Numbered from the stretch's first letter, positions 12,043 through 24,909 are shown. The stretch is DNA of 64,000 nucleotides from Octopus sinensis (GCF_006345805.1 NC_043002.1:90954001-91018000), one strand, 5' to 3'. Numbers and translations are program-made. Notes: generated by a model not told the origin, from the letters alone.

Positions 12043-12189
12043 TTTTTTCAATAAGCTTGTATTAATGGCAAAAGTTTAAGGAACGATATTCATTGCATGA
12101 AAGAAAGAATATGCCTGTGTCATTGACTTCAATGCCATACTTTGGTATGAATGAATGCAAAACCGATTTTGCAATCATTTCTTTCTCTT

Positions 12190-12733
12190 TTATTCTCTCT
12201 CTTTCTCTCTCCCTCTTTCTTTCTCTGTCTCTCCACATCCCCCCTCTCTCTCTATGTGTCTCATACACACAAAGTAATGAAACAAATACTAGCACATAAA
12301 TATACGTTTATAAATATCAACAAAACACACACACAAACATGCATACACATGCATAATTACATAAATGCATACATGTATTCATACACACATACCTTTATAG
12401 ATACACTAACACATAATTGCAGATGCTTATATACGTATATACACATCCAGAACACACACACACACACATAACATGCACACACACACACATACATACAAAC
12501 CCATACACACATATATATATATATACGCATACATGCATGCATACACACATGCTTTTACAAATACACTCACACATACATGCAGATACTTATATACATATAC
12601 ATACATATATATCTCTATCTATCTATCTATATCTATATCTATATCTATCTATATATATATATATACACATCTACAACACACACATGCACACTCACACACA
12701 TACAAACACATACACATACATATGTATATATAT

Positions 12734-12770
<37 letters not shown>

Positions 12771-12814
12771 TATATACATATATATACATATATATATATA
12801 CATATATATATATC

Positions 12815-12867
<53 letters not shown>

Positions 12868-12910
12868 TATATACAGCCACAACACACACGCATCACACAC
12901 ACGCACAACA
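12190..12910. repeat. (CT)n, (CA)n, (TA)n mixed microsatellite block
   Basis: Direct reading. Confidence 0.95.
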
Positions 12911-13139
12911 CATACACATATGCATTATCAAACACAGATACCCATACGCATGAAACACAGATAACATTTGTTAAAGAATCAGTCATTCATTGAGTGTAGC
13001 TCCTCTCGGTTTTGTTACGCTCACGTAATCAAACATGGGTTTTTGTTGTTGTTGTTTTGTTTTTTTTTCCGCCCCTGCTGCCTTATTTATTGAATCTCGA
13101 ACCGTGCACATGTGTACGTGTGTGCGATCGCATACAACA

Positions 13140-13470
13140 CGCTGCAATCCTCAACAGCCACCAACACCAACAACACCAACACCAACACCAACAGCAGTAG
13201 CAGCAGTAGCAGCAGCAGCAGCAGCAGTAGCAGCTTCTATACTGCTACCACCACCATCACCACCACTGCCACCACTGCCAGCCAGTCACTGAAGCTGCCT
13301 TTATGGTCAGTCACATCGAATCTGCATAAACAAAAGTGCACACACAAACACTTTTATTATGCACTGCTGCACTTCACCACCACCACCCTCCCTTCCCCTT
13401 TCCTCTTCCCATCCACACCCTCTCCCGCCTCATCGTCTCCTCCTCTTCCTCCTCCTCCTCCTCCTCCGCC
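13140..13470. repeat. (CAA/CCA), (CAG/TAG), (CCT) trinucleotide arrays
   Basis: Direct reading. Confidence 0.9.
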
Positions 13471-13629
13471 TCTGCTAACATAATTTACTGATATGCACCA
13501 ATCAATATTCAACCGTGCATGTTTCCATGCATTTTATTCGGAAGGCGGAAATATTCCAGTCGTGACAAGAAAGAAATAAGAAGATGGTAGATAATTTCAA
13601 AATTTGTAACTTGAATGTACAAGATGTTC

Positions 13630-13996
13630 ATGTGTGTGTGCATGTAGGTGTGTGTGTTGTGTGGTGTGTGTGTGGACATGTGTGCATGTATGTATATATG
13701 TGTATATACGTATATACATGTGTATGTGTATATATGTGTATGTGTGCATATATATATATATAAATATATGTATATTTATGTATATGTGTGCATGTATGTA
13801 TATATGTGTATATATGTATATACATGTGTATGTGTATATATGTGTATGTGTGTATATATATATATATATATATGTAAATATATGTATATTTATGTATGTG
13901 TGCATGTGTGTGTGTGTGTGTGTGTGTTGAGATGTGTGCATGTATGTATATATATATATGTGTATATATGTATATACATGTGTATGTGTATGTGTT

Positions 13997-14057
<61 letters not shown>

Positions 14058-14090
14058 GTATATGTATATTTATGTATGTGTGTGTGTGTT
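13630..14090. repeat. TG/TA microsatellite with higher-order repetition
   Basis: Anchor 'tatatgtatatttatgtat' recurs near 13765, 13880 and 14060. Confidence 0.8.
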
Positions 14091-14379
14091 TGTCTATATG
14101 TGTTGGTATGTATGAATATTTATAAAGAAATGGATGTATCAATAGTATGTTTATACATGTATGAGTACACATGCACACACACACACACACGTTTATCTTT
14201 GTTGTTGATAATCCTGTTTGGAACAGGAAAACCCACAATTAAAGCAGAGTATTCAATTTATTATTATATGAAGGAGATATATTTATTATATAAATATATG
14301 TCCTTTTACATGGGTGTTTGTTTGTGTGTGTGTGGTGTGTGTGTGTGTGTGTGTGCGTGCGCAGTGTCTATGTTAGATA

Positions 14380-14790
14380 CCTGATGTCTCTCTCTACATG
14401 ACTGAATATTAACAACATCTGAGAACAATGCCAGCTGCAACCAACCATTGAAGATCAAGTCCAGTAACGCAGCTACAGTGGTTTGGCCACATCTGCAGGA
14501 CAGGCATCGGAACACTAACACACCAACTTTTTGTGGTTGCAGAGTCCCATGCACTGGAGAATCCAACACAGCGCACCAAAAAATAGACCTGGGGGTTAAC
14601 AAATTGAGGAATTGATCTCAAGTCGTAGAGTCTTTGGCCTCAAGCATGCTAAGGCCAAGCATCATAGATTAGATAAACGTGGAATAACACCATCATGAGA
14701 GTCTGTCATCCAGCTGAATCCCACAACAGCATAATGGTCAAAAAGGACAACCTCCTCATCTGGTTGGCCAGCTCGGGATAAAGAAGAAGA
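14380..14790 (+). mobile_element. Degenerate RTE-like LINE 3' fragment ending in (GAA)n
   Basis: 'cagctacagtggtttggccacatctgcagg' reads QLQWFGHICR, a typical RTE C-terminal motif; runs into the purine tract. Confidence 0.55.
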
Positions 14791-15346
14791 AGAAGGAAGA
14801 AGAAGAAGAAGAAGAAGGAAAGGAAAGAAGAAGAGAAAAGAAGAAGAAGAAGGAGGAGGAGGAGGAGGAGGAGGAGGAAGACGGAGGAGGAGGAAGAGGA
14901 GGAGGAGAGGAGAAGAAGAAGAAGAAGAGAAGAAGAAGAAAAGAAAGAAGACAGAAGAAGAAGAAAAGAGGAGAAGGAAGAAGAAGAAGGGGAGGGGAGG
15001 GGAGGAGAGTAGGAGGGGGGAAGGGAGGGGAGGGAAGGGAGAAAAGAAGAAAAGAAAGAAGAGAGAAAGAAGAAGAAGGGAGGAGAGGGAGGAGGAGGAG
15101 GAAGAAGAGGAAGGGGAGGAGGAGGAGGAGGAGGAGAAGAAAGAAGAGAAGAAGGAGGAGAGGAGAAGAGAAGAAGAAGGAGAAGGAGAAGAAGAGAAGA
15201 AGGAAGAAGAAGAAGGAGGAGGAAGGTGAAGGAGAAGAAGAAAGAAGAAGAAGGAGAAGAAGAAGAAGAAGAAGAAGAAGGAGGAGGAGAAGAAGAAGGA
15301 GAAGAAGAAGAAGAAGAAGGAGGAGGAGGAGGAGAAGAAGAAGAAT
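14782..15346. repeat. ~560-bp polypurine tract, (GAA)/(GGA) degenerate
   Basis: Almost only A/G on the + strand. Confidence 0.95.
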
Positions 15347-15588
15347 TATTGTGTGAGAAATAATGTGACATATTTCTATTTTACCTTGAGTCTGATGTGT
15401 TTATAAAACTGGACATTTATAAAGTCTTATTTCAAGAATCAGTTATAGTTTGATATTGATTCTAAGTAACTTGTGAAGTAGGCATAGATGTTGTTGGTGT
15501 TTAGCTGCAAGTGAACCTTCCTCATACAGTAAACCAAAGGTGAAAGACATTCCAAGCACAACCATCTCATATTTTGTTCAGACACAGT

Positions 15589-15972
15589 GGATGGAAGTAC
15601 TCCGTCGGTTACGACGACGAGGGTTCCGGTTGATCCGATCAACGGAACAACCTGCTCGTGAAATTAACGTGTAAGTGGCTGAGCACTCCACAGACACGTG
15701 TACCCTTAACGCAGTTCTCGGAGATATTCAGCGTGACACAGAGAGTGACAAGGCCGGCCCTTTGAAATACAGGTACAACAGAAACAGGAAGTAAGAGTGA
15801 GAGAAAGTTGTGGTGAAAGAGTACAGCAGGGATCACCACCATCCCTGCCAGAGCCTCGTGGAGCTTTAGGTGTTTTCGCTCAATAAACACTCACAATGCC
15901 CGGTCTGGGAATCGAAACCGCGATCCTACGACCGCGAGTCCGCTGCCCTAACCACTGGGCCATTGCGCCTCC
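15589..15972 (-). mobile_element. SINE family D, full length, 11-bp TSD
   Basis: TSD tcagacacagt at 15578-15588 and 15973-15983; reverse complement of the copy at 39222-39611; head ggaggcgcaatggcccagtggttag (box A)...ggtttcgattccc (box B). Confidence 0.92.
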
Positions 15973-16254
15973 TCAGACACAGTATATCCCACCTGAACCA
16001 TCTTAAAGTATGACTATACTGAATCAGGCACTCCATGGGTCTAGGAGCCCAGTTCTGATATACTCATGTTGTGGCTTGCTAACAACAAGTAAATACAATA
16101 ATGCATTGCTTTGCCAAGAGCCCTATAATGCTGTATCTAGCCCACTGTTACTCGATGTGTTCCTCTTTCATTAACACTAGGTTGTATGTAATTTGAGATA
16201 GATTTAGCTGCTAATACCAGTGGATCACGCAAACTCTCAGCTTCCCTTTTAATA

Positions 16255-16640
16255 TTGATTTTAAATTTTGACACAAGGCCAGCAATTTCAGGGGTGAGAG
16301 TAAAGTCGATTATATTGAGCCCAGTACTCGACTGGTATTAATTTTATGGACCCCAAAAGTATGAAAAGCAAAGTTGACCTCAGTGGAATTTGAACTCAGA
16401 ACATAAAGACAGATGAAACACAGTTAAGCATTTTGCTTGGTATGCTAACCATTCAGCCAGCTTGCCACCTGATTGGTTTCAAATTTTGGTACAAAACCAG
16501 CAAATTCGAGAGGAATGGGGTAAGTTGATTACATTGATTCCAGTGTTCAAGTGGTACTTACTTCATCAACCACAAAAGGTTAAGTTAAGCTCGGTGGAAT
16601 TTGAACATGGCATGCTATCGATTCCACCAGCTTACCACCT
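16255..16640 (-). mobile_element. Two degenerate SINE A' copies in tandem
   Basis: Both carry 'gtggaatttgaac' and 'ccag...tggta(c)tt' family A segments with the alternative 3' tail. Confidence 0.65.
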
Positions 16641-17433
16641 TTTCCTCCTCTATAAGTATTTAATCTTGCAAGTGGTCTCCAAATAACAATCTCTCGGAAG
16701 ACAGAGTAAATGTTAAGACTGATATTATTGTTTAAATGTATTTAACATTAAGACAAACAATCTTTTATTGATCATATAAATCTTTTGAGTTTGTTTAGAA
16801 CCAGGGGATTATATATTGATATGGGTAGATCAGGTCCATTTAGTTTTAGTGCTGGCAAGATGCTATATAAAATTTTTCAAATTTACTATTCCAGGATCAA
16901 ATTGTCCAAAGTCTGAATCTTATTTGTTGATAAAAGAGGTACCAGTAATGCATTTGGAACTAATTTATTAAACATATACCACCCTGATTACAAAAGCCCC
17001 TTTTGTGTCTATTAATGACAAAATCATTATTTTTCTGACATTGGAATAATTTAAGGGGCCTTTTATTTCATTATATAACACAGCTCTGTACTAAAACATT
17101 TGTGGTATGTATCTTAATGAAACAGATGTTGAAAAACTTTTAAAGCATGAACTATTAAAGAAATTTATGATTTTCTACATTTATGCTAAATATCTTTGTG
17201 TTCAAGATTTTTTTTTACCTAATTATGTATATTCATGCAAGTAAGTTCCACTTGGATTTACTGCAATGTTAAAACATGTTGAAGTTTTATGACCTATTAT
17301 GAATGGAGCTCTTAATTATTGTAGATTTATTCTTTGATGTTTATACAATGATTCTGTATATATATGTGTGTGTGTGAGTGAGTGTGTGTGTATATGCAAG
17401 TGCATGTATATGCATATATATATATATATATAT

Positions 17434-17678
17434 ATCATCATCATCATCATCGTTTAACGTCCGTTTTCCATGCTAGCATGGGTTGGATGGTTCAACTGGG
17501 GTCTGGGAAGCCAGAAGGCTGCGCCAGGCCCAGTCTGATCTGGCAGTGTTCTACAGCTGGATGCCCTTCCTAAGCCAACCACTCCGAGAGTGTAGTGGGT
17601 GCTTTTTATGTGCCACCGGCACAGGTGCCAGACGAGGCTGGCAAACGGCCACGATTGGATGGTGCTTGTACATGCCAC
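17434..17678 (-). mobile_element. SINE family C
   Basis: (CAT)n then reverse complement of the C body. Confidence 0.85.
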
Positions 17679-17689
17679 CATATATATAT

Positions 17690-17774
17690 ATATATATATA
17701 TTATATATAGAAGATAGATAGATAGATAGATACATAGATAGATAGTAGATTGATAGATAGATAGATAGATAGAT

Positions 17775-17842
<68 letters not shown>
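17690..17842. repeat. (TA)n plus (GATA)n tetranucleotide array
   Basis: Direct reading. Confidence 0.95.
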
Positions 17843-18179
17843 TTGTGAAGATGCATGGCTTAATGGTCAGGGTGTTACACTCAGAATTGTGAGATTGCAG
17901 TTTCAATTCCCAGATTATGCATTGCATTGTGTTCTTGAGCAAAGCACTTCATTTCACATTGCTCTGCGATCATGTCATCATTTGACATGCAGCAAATCAT
18001 GCACCTGTACAGGTAATACTGATTTGATGGAGACAGGGAGCTTATATGAACACAAATATTGATGACTTTCGACAAATCATCAGCGTTCTGTGTGGTTGTT
18101 GAGTAAGACATTGCAGGGCCCCTCATACATCGTCTACAACTGGAGAGTCCATGTTATATATATTTCAATAATTTTGACA

Positions 18180-18639
18180 GACATAGGCTGTGCAGTTAAG
18201 AAGCTCACTTTGTAACCACATGGATTTGGGTTCAATCCTACCGTGGAGCACTTTGGGCAAATATTCTTGGCTGACAAATGTCAAGTGAATGAATATTGTA
18301 GACAAAAACTGTGAAGAAGCTTGTTATGTATGTGTATGTGTGTGTGTGTGTGTGTGTGCATTTGTGTATTCTTTTTTTTTTTTATTCTTCTTGTTTCAGT
18401 CATTTGACTGTGGCCATGCTGGAGCACCACCTTAAAGGGTTTTAGTCAAAGAAATTGACCCCAGGACTTACTCTTTGTAAGACTAATACTTATTCTATCG
18501 GTTTTTCTTTTGTTGATCTGCTAAGTTACAGGAGCAGAAACACTCAGGCATTGGTTGTCAGGCGATGGGGGTGGGGGTACACAAATACACACATGCGCAC
18601 ATACATACATACATGCATACATACATACATAATACATAC

Positions 18640-18680
<41 letters not shown>

Positions 18681-18826
18681 ATGGGCCTCTTTCAGTTTCC
18701 ACCTATCAAATCCATTCATAAGGCTATATTTGGCTCAAGGCTATAGTAGAAGACACTTGCCCAAGGTGCCATGCCTTGAGACTGAACCCAGAATCATGTG
18801 GGTGGGAAACAAACTTCTTACCACAT
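18180..18826. mobile_element. SINE B head (+, 18180-18360) facing a SINE B (-, 18385-18826)
   Basis: Both match the B consensus seen in this window. Confidence 0.75.
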
Positions 18827-19082
18827 AGACAAATGTTTTGTTTGCCTCTCCCCCACCATTGCTTGATAACTTGCAAATGAGACTGATAGAATAAGCAGAC
18901 TTGAAAAAAAGTACTGGTATCAGTTTGAGGCAGTGTCCTATCATAGCCACTGTCCATTGATGAAAACAGAAGGAAAAAAAATTAAAATTAAATACGGGAG
19001 ATAACTCTGGACATATTTCAGTCTTATTAGACCTTCTCAGTAAAGTATAAACTCAGCTGGTCTTTGTGAAATAGTAATGAGA

Positions 19083-19311
19083 GGGCGAGCTGGCAGAAAC
19101 GTTAGCATGCCGGGCGAAATGCTTTGCGGTATTTCGTCTGACGTTACGTTGTGAGTTCTAATTCCGCCAAGGTCGACTTTGCCTTTCATCCTTTCGGGGT
19201 CGATAAATTAAGCACCATTTACGTACTGGGGTCGATGTAATCGACTTAATACCTATGTCTGTCCTTGTTTGTCCCCTCTGTGTTTAGCCCTTTGTGGGTA
19301 ATAAACAAATA
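19083..19311 (+). mobile_element. SINE family A, full length, 10-bp TSD
   Basis: TSD agtaatgaga at 19073-19082 and 19312-19321. Confidence 0.92.
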
Positions 19312-19647
19312 AGTAATGAGAGTATCATAAATAGATATAGAATATTATATATATGTGATTAGGATAATTTGGTATTTTCAAAAAAATAAACAATTAACAT
19401 TAATTACTGATACCAGCTACATAAAGCATAGTGGTTAAGTTAGTGGTAACAATTAATGTAATGAGTTTTAAAAAGTATTAATTATATATAATTATGTGAC
19501 ATGGCTATGTAGTTAGGTAGCTCACTTCGCAGCCACATGGTTTTGAGTTCATACCCTTTGCACGACACTTTGGACAAATGTTTTTTACTATAGTCCCAGG
19601 CTGACCAATGCCTTGTGAGTGAATTTGGTAGGTAGAAACAGTGCAGA

Positions 19648-20135
19648 AGGTGGTGAACTGGCAGAAACATTAGCACGCTGGGCGAAATGCTTAGCGGTAT
19701 TTTGTCTATCTTTACGTTATAAGTTCAAATTCTGCTGAGGTTGACTTTGCCTTTCGTCCTTTCGGAGTCAATTAAATAAGTACCAGTTACATACTGGTGT
19801 TGATATATATTTCTTTACTACCCACAAGGGGCTAAACACAGAGGAGACAAACAAGGACAGACAAACGGATTAAGTCGATTACATCGACCCCAGTGTGTAA
19901 CTGGTACTTAATTTATCGACCCCGGAAGGATGAAAGGCAAAGTTGACCTCGGCAGAATTTGAACTCGGAACGTAACGGCAGACGAAATACGGCAACGTAT
20001 TTCGCCCGGCGTGCTAACGTTTCTGCCAGCTCACCGCCTTACAATACTGGGGTTGATATAATTGACTTAATCCGTTTGTCTGTCCTTGTTTGTCCCCTCT
20101 GCGTTTAGCCCCTTGTAGGCAGTAAAGAAATAAGA
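19648..20135. mobile_element. SINE A (+) interrupted by SINE A (-) at 19808-20040
   Basis: Host resumes after a 17-bp TSD (atactggtgttgatata 19791-19807 / atactggggttgatata 20044-20060). Confidence 0.9.
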
Positions 20136-20454
20136 AACAGCACAGAAGCTTATTAGGTATTTGTGAGTGTTTTTGTGTTTGTGTTTCTTCCCTTGCCACT
20201 CTGCTTGGTGCTAATTTATATCCCTGTAACTTAGCTGTTTGGGAAAAGAAACCAATATAAGTACTAGACTTAGACATTAAGTATTGAGTTTGATTTGTTT
20301 GACTGAATTCTTTAAGTTGGTGCCCCAGAATGATCAGAGTCCTATGACTGGAATAAAAGATTTAAAAACTAAAAATGCAATGAAGAAAAGATAACATTAA
20401 CTCTATATGATTTAGCATAATTGTAAAACTATTGGAATGGTTTTAGAAAATTTC

Positions 20455-20670
20455 CTTTCTACTGCAGGCACAAGTAATAAAATTTTCTTGGAGAGGATAG
20501 TTGATTGCATCGATCCTAATGCTTGAGTGGCATTTTTATTTTCTTGACCCCAATAGGATGATAGCAAAGTTGATCTTGGTGGAATTTGAACTCAGAACTT
20601 AAAAATGGATGAAATACTGTTAAGCGATTTTGCCCTGTGTGCTAACGATTCTGCCAGCTCACCACCTTAT
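20455..20670 (-). mobile_element. SINE A' degenerate copy
   Basis: 'ggtggaatttgaactcagaac...gctaacgattctgccagctcaccacctt'. Confidence 0.75.
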
Positions 20671-21268
20671 GTGGCTGTAGAAATCTTAAAAGGATGAAAC
20701 ACAAGCTATTCCCATCAATGGTAATCTTTATATCCAGCTATAAATCTTTGGTGGGCTATCTAAAAATTTCTTCTAAGTCCATTTCTATTTGAAATATCTT
20801 CTTGGATCTCAAGGCTGCACTACTGAACAGCAGTGTTTATGATACCAAAATATTTATGGCAGGATATGCTATGATATTCTACAAAAGCAACATAAACAAT
20901 GTGGAATTTAATGTGGATAAAGTTTTGATATCAAGACTCAAGTGATTTATTTATAAGGAAAACTCATAAGACTTGGGAAAATACCAAAAATCAAAATTAA
21001 TTCAGCACTTCAGAAGCTTTATGGAGAGAATGGTACAGTATATGTAACTAAACTATTGGCCATATCACTGTGGTTTCAGATCTTAGTATTGGTAAATGTT
21101 TTACTCAAAGTAAGGAATATAATTGAATGTGCTTGTCTCAATCTAATTAACTCATGTTCATCTTTATGATTAAATGGTGAGTAAATGTAGGATAAGTGTA
21201 TCTAGTTCCTATGAAAAGTTATCAGGTGTTTTGAGGTTAAAGATTTGGAGGGTGTGTGGTAGCTTTAC

Positions 21269-21306
<38 letters not shown>

Positions 21307-21539
21307 CACACACACACAAAATTAGTAACAAGGAGAGTGGAGTAAGCAAATTATTTTATTACATGAATTTATAATTTTTTCACTGTCAGAAATATGATTT
21401 GCAAAATTGAATTCTTATTTGAATTCATATCTGGTAGTCTGTTTGTTTACATTCATCATAATTTGAATTTAACATATGATAGCATCTCATAAAGCAAGAT
21501 TTCTATAAATCTTAAATTTGCAGAAGAATGTGTGGTGTG

Positions 21540-21618
21540 GGCAGTTAAGCTTAATGGTTCAGAGCACCACGACGCGTAATCATGGAGGTCTGAGTTCATG
21601 TCTCATAGCCAGCTGCCA
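21540..21618 (+). pseudogene. tRNA-like sequence (probable tRNA pseudogene)
   Basis: Acceptor GGCAGTT/AGCTGCC+A; D arm GCTT/GAGC; anticodon arm with one mismatch and loop CGCGTAA; T arm TGAG-TTCATGT-CTCA; 4 extra nt before the 3' acceptor strand; T6 run at 21623-21628. Confidence 0.5.
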
Positions 21619-21939
21619 ACACTTTTTTCTGTAAAAATAGGGGTAGCTTATCCTGTTCAGGCTATATTATTAGCATTATCCTGTATTTGAGAAGTTAAAA
21701 TTACTTCTTTAACTTTCGAAACCTTTTACGTTTCAAAAACCAACTTAATTATGGAAAAATTTGGTTATTTTACTAAGTTACCTCAAATTATCATTTTCAA
21801 AAGGATTTAATAGGAGAAACACAAGCAATGTACTTTTTGAAGAAATATATTAATGGAGAAGTTAATCTAGCGATATTTCTCTCTTCTATTTAGTCAAGGA
21901 ATATTCAAGAATATAGCCCCTAATGATAAAACCATTATG

Positions 21940-22200
21940 ACCACCACTATTACTACTGCTACCACCACCACAACCACCACCACAACCCTCACCATCGACA
22001 TTACAGCCACCACTATCAACACTACTACCTCCATCATGATCAATACTACCATCACCATTACTAACACCACCACAATCATCACCACTATTACCACCACTGC
22101 CACACCACAACCACCATACCACCACCACCAAAACCACCACCACCACCACCACAACCAAAATCATCACCACCACCACCACCATCATCATCTCCACTCCACC
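21940..22200. repeat. (CAC/CAT/TAC) degenerate trinucleotide tract
   Basis: Direct reading. Confidence 0.9.
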
Positions 22201-22284
22201 AGCATATACTGTGATTACCCGTCATCAATGTCAGCAGATTTACAGTTTGTGGATTAGTTAAGTCTACAATATTTACTTCATTAA

Positions 22285-22425
22285 AAATTCTGCCAAGGTT
22301 GACTTTGCCTTTCATCTTTTTGGGGTCGATAAATTAAGTACCAGTTGCATACTGGGGTTGATCTAATCAACTGGCCAACCCCTCTCCCAAAATTTCAGGC
22401 CTTCTACCTAGAGTAGAAAAGAATA
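22285..22425 (+). mobile_element. SINE A' 3' two-thirds
   Basis: 'gactttgcctttcatc...ggggtcgataaattaagtaccag...aaaatttcaggccttctacctagagtagaaaagaat'. Confidence 0.8.
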
Positions 22426-22624
22426 TTTGCTTCATTGTGTCCATCATCCTAAAGAAAGAAATGCAAAAGCACTTAAATCTAGAACTAAAATTAAACATCT
22501 ATCCACCCATGCCAACATAGAAAAGCAGACATACATGGTATAAACATGATGATGATCCACACATGTAGGCATAAACTCAATTGTTAACTGGAATCCCCCA
22601 ACACAATTCAGACTCCGAATAATT

Positions 22625-23108
22625 TATGTATGTATGTATGTATGTATGTATGTATGTATGTATGTATGTATGTATGTATGCATGTATGTATGTATGAATG
22701 TATGCATGTACGTATGCATGTATATGCAACATAGTCTGATGCACACATGTGCATGTGTGAGCACCTTAAACTTATATATAATTTTCATGTTGTGTGTGTA
22801 TGTATATATGTGAATGCATTTCTATATCTCATACACACACATACACTTATAAATATATGTATATATACATATAGGTAAATATATATAATATATATATATA
22901 TATATATACATATATATGTATATATATATATACATATATATATACATATATATATATGTATATATGTATATATATATATACATATATACATACATATATA
23001 TGTATATATGTAAATATATACATACATACATGTATATATATACACATATATACATACACACACACACACACACACATATATATGCATATCACATTTTTTC
23101 TTCTATGC

Positions 23109-23143
<35 letters not shown>

Positions 23144-23155
23144 TATAATACAGAT

Positions 23156-23189
<34 letters not shown>

Positions 23190-23190
23190 G
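22625..23190. repeat. (TATG)n, (TA)n, (CA)n block
   Basis: Direct reading. Confidence 0.95.
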
Positions 23191-23769
23191 CATGAGGAAA
23201 CATTTATACTTGACAAATTACATATATCTAAACAGCAGTAAGAAACAGTAAGACATTGTTGCTTTTTTGTTGTTGTTTTTTTTTTTTTTTAATATGAGAA
23301 TGAGTAACTTGACATAAGAAAAAAAATATAAAAGAAATGAGACAAAAGGAGGAACAGGAGATGAGAGATGGGTGGAGGAAAGCTGTTGATTCTGTTCAAT
23401 ATTGCACATAAAATGTTTATTCTATATCAGAATTATAGCAAAAGTGAATCAATGAACACCTCACTACACACCAGTAACTGGCAAGAGATTAGCTTAAGAA
23501 TTCTGTGCCAGGAGTTCTTCTTAGGTGAAGGAGAAGAGAGAGGGTGGATAAGGAGGGGAGGAGAGATTTTGGAAGAAGAGGAAAGAAGAGGAGGAGGAGG
23601 AGAATTTGAAGAAGAAGCCACCTCCACTACCACCTAGAGTTTATGTTGAGAAAGGAGAAGCAGGGAAGAGAGCATCATGGGTAATATATGAGAAAAACGT
23701 GAACACCAGTGAGTAAGAAAAAAGAATTGTTTGTTGGCACAGGAAAATACAAAACAAAATGGTATATGC

Positions 23770-24345
23770 ATGTGTGTGTGTGTGTATGTGTGAGCGTGTG
23801 TATATGTGTGTGTGTGTGTGTGTATGTCTGTGTGTGTAGAAATATGAGCATGTATATGTATGTATGTATATATGTGTACATGTGTGTGTGTGTAGAAATA
23901 TGAACATGTATATGTATGTATGTGTTTATAGATATATATGTGTATGTGTGTATGTATATATGTGTACATGTGTGTGTGTGTGTGTGTGTAGTTATATGAA
24001 CATGTATATGTATGTGTGTATATAGATATATACATGTATGTGTATGTGTGTATGTATATATGTGTACATGTGTGTGTGTGTGTAGAAATATGAACATGTA
24101 TATGTATGTATGTGTGTATATATAGATATATACATGTATGTGTATGTGTGTATGTATATACGTGTACATGTGTGTGTGTGTGTGTGTAGAAATATGAACA
24201 TGTATATGTATGTATGTGTGTATATAGATATATACATGTATGTGTATGTGTATATGTATATATGTGTACATGTGTGTGTGTGAGTGTGTGTAAACACATA
24301 AATACATACATACATACATACATACATACATACATACATACATAA
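23770..24345. repeat. Higher-order tandem repeat built from TG/TA units
   Basis: Anchor 'gtagaaatatga(a/g)catgtatatgtatgt' at ~23836, 23892, 23988 (variant), 24082, 24186; spacings 56, 96, 94, 104 nt. Confidence 0.85.
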
Positions 24346-24909
24346 ATACATACAAAACACAAGAGAAGGAGAGAAATATAAGGTTGTGTTTATATGCAAG
24401 AAGGTGACAAGCTTCATATAAAGGTATAACAAAAAGAAATGGATTTACAGTAGATAAAAATGAGTGGAGGAGACAAAAGAATATTAAATCTTTTAAGAGT
24501 ATGCACGTCTGTTTTTTTTAAGATGAGGAGCAAAAACGAAAAAAAAAAATTTTTTTTAATAAAAAAAATCATAGTTGAGAAATGCTTTTTGGGTGTTGTT
24601 AAAATTTAGCTTCTCCCATATTCCTGGGCCTGTGGATATATATTCATGTAAAAACATATATATCTATTGCAGTTTTTCCATTAATTATCTGTAGTTCATC
24701 TTTATTTATATATTTATTTATTAATTTTTTTTTTTGTGTGAAGTTCAACTGAAAACTGAAAACAGGAGCAGCAAAGGAAATGCATTTAACTCTGTGATAT
24801 AGAATGGAGAATGGTAAAAAAGGGGAAAAAAATGCAACATTGGTTATTGTCCCCCAAAAGAATTTTTGAGAAAAGTTTTCAGATCTCACTTTTAGTTGAT
24901 GATCAGCTT

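Noticed and set aside
12151-14125. Many 60-180 aa HT/YI/CV-rich ORFs
   Set aside because: Dinucleotide-repeat read-through.
14706-15371. 221-aa S/P/L/F ORF
   Set aside because: Translation of the purine tract's complementary strand.
16790-17245. Several AG/GT-bounded candidate mini-exons and a weak inverted similarity around 17025
   Set aside because: No consistent reading frame or recognisable protein could be assembled; the inverted match needs a ~30-nt gap.
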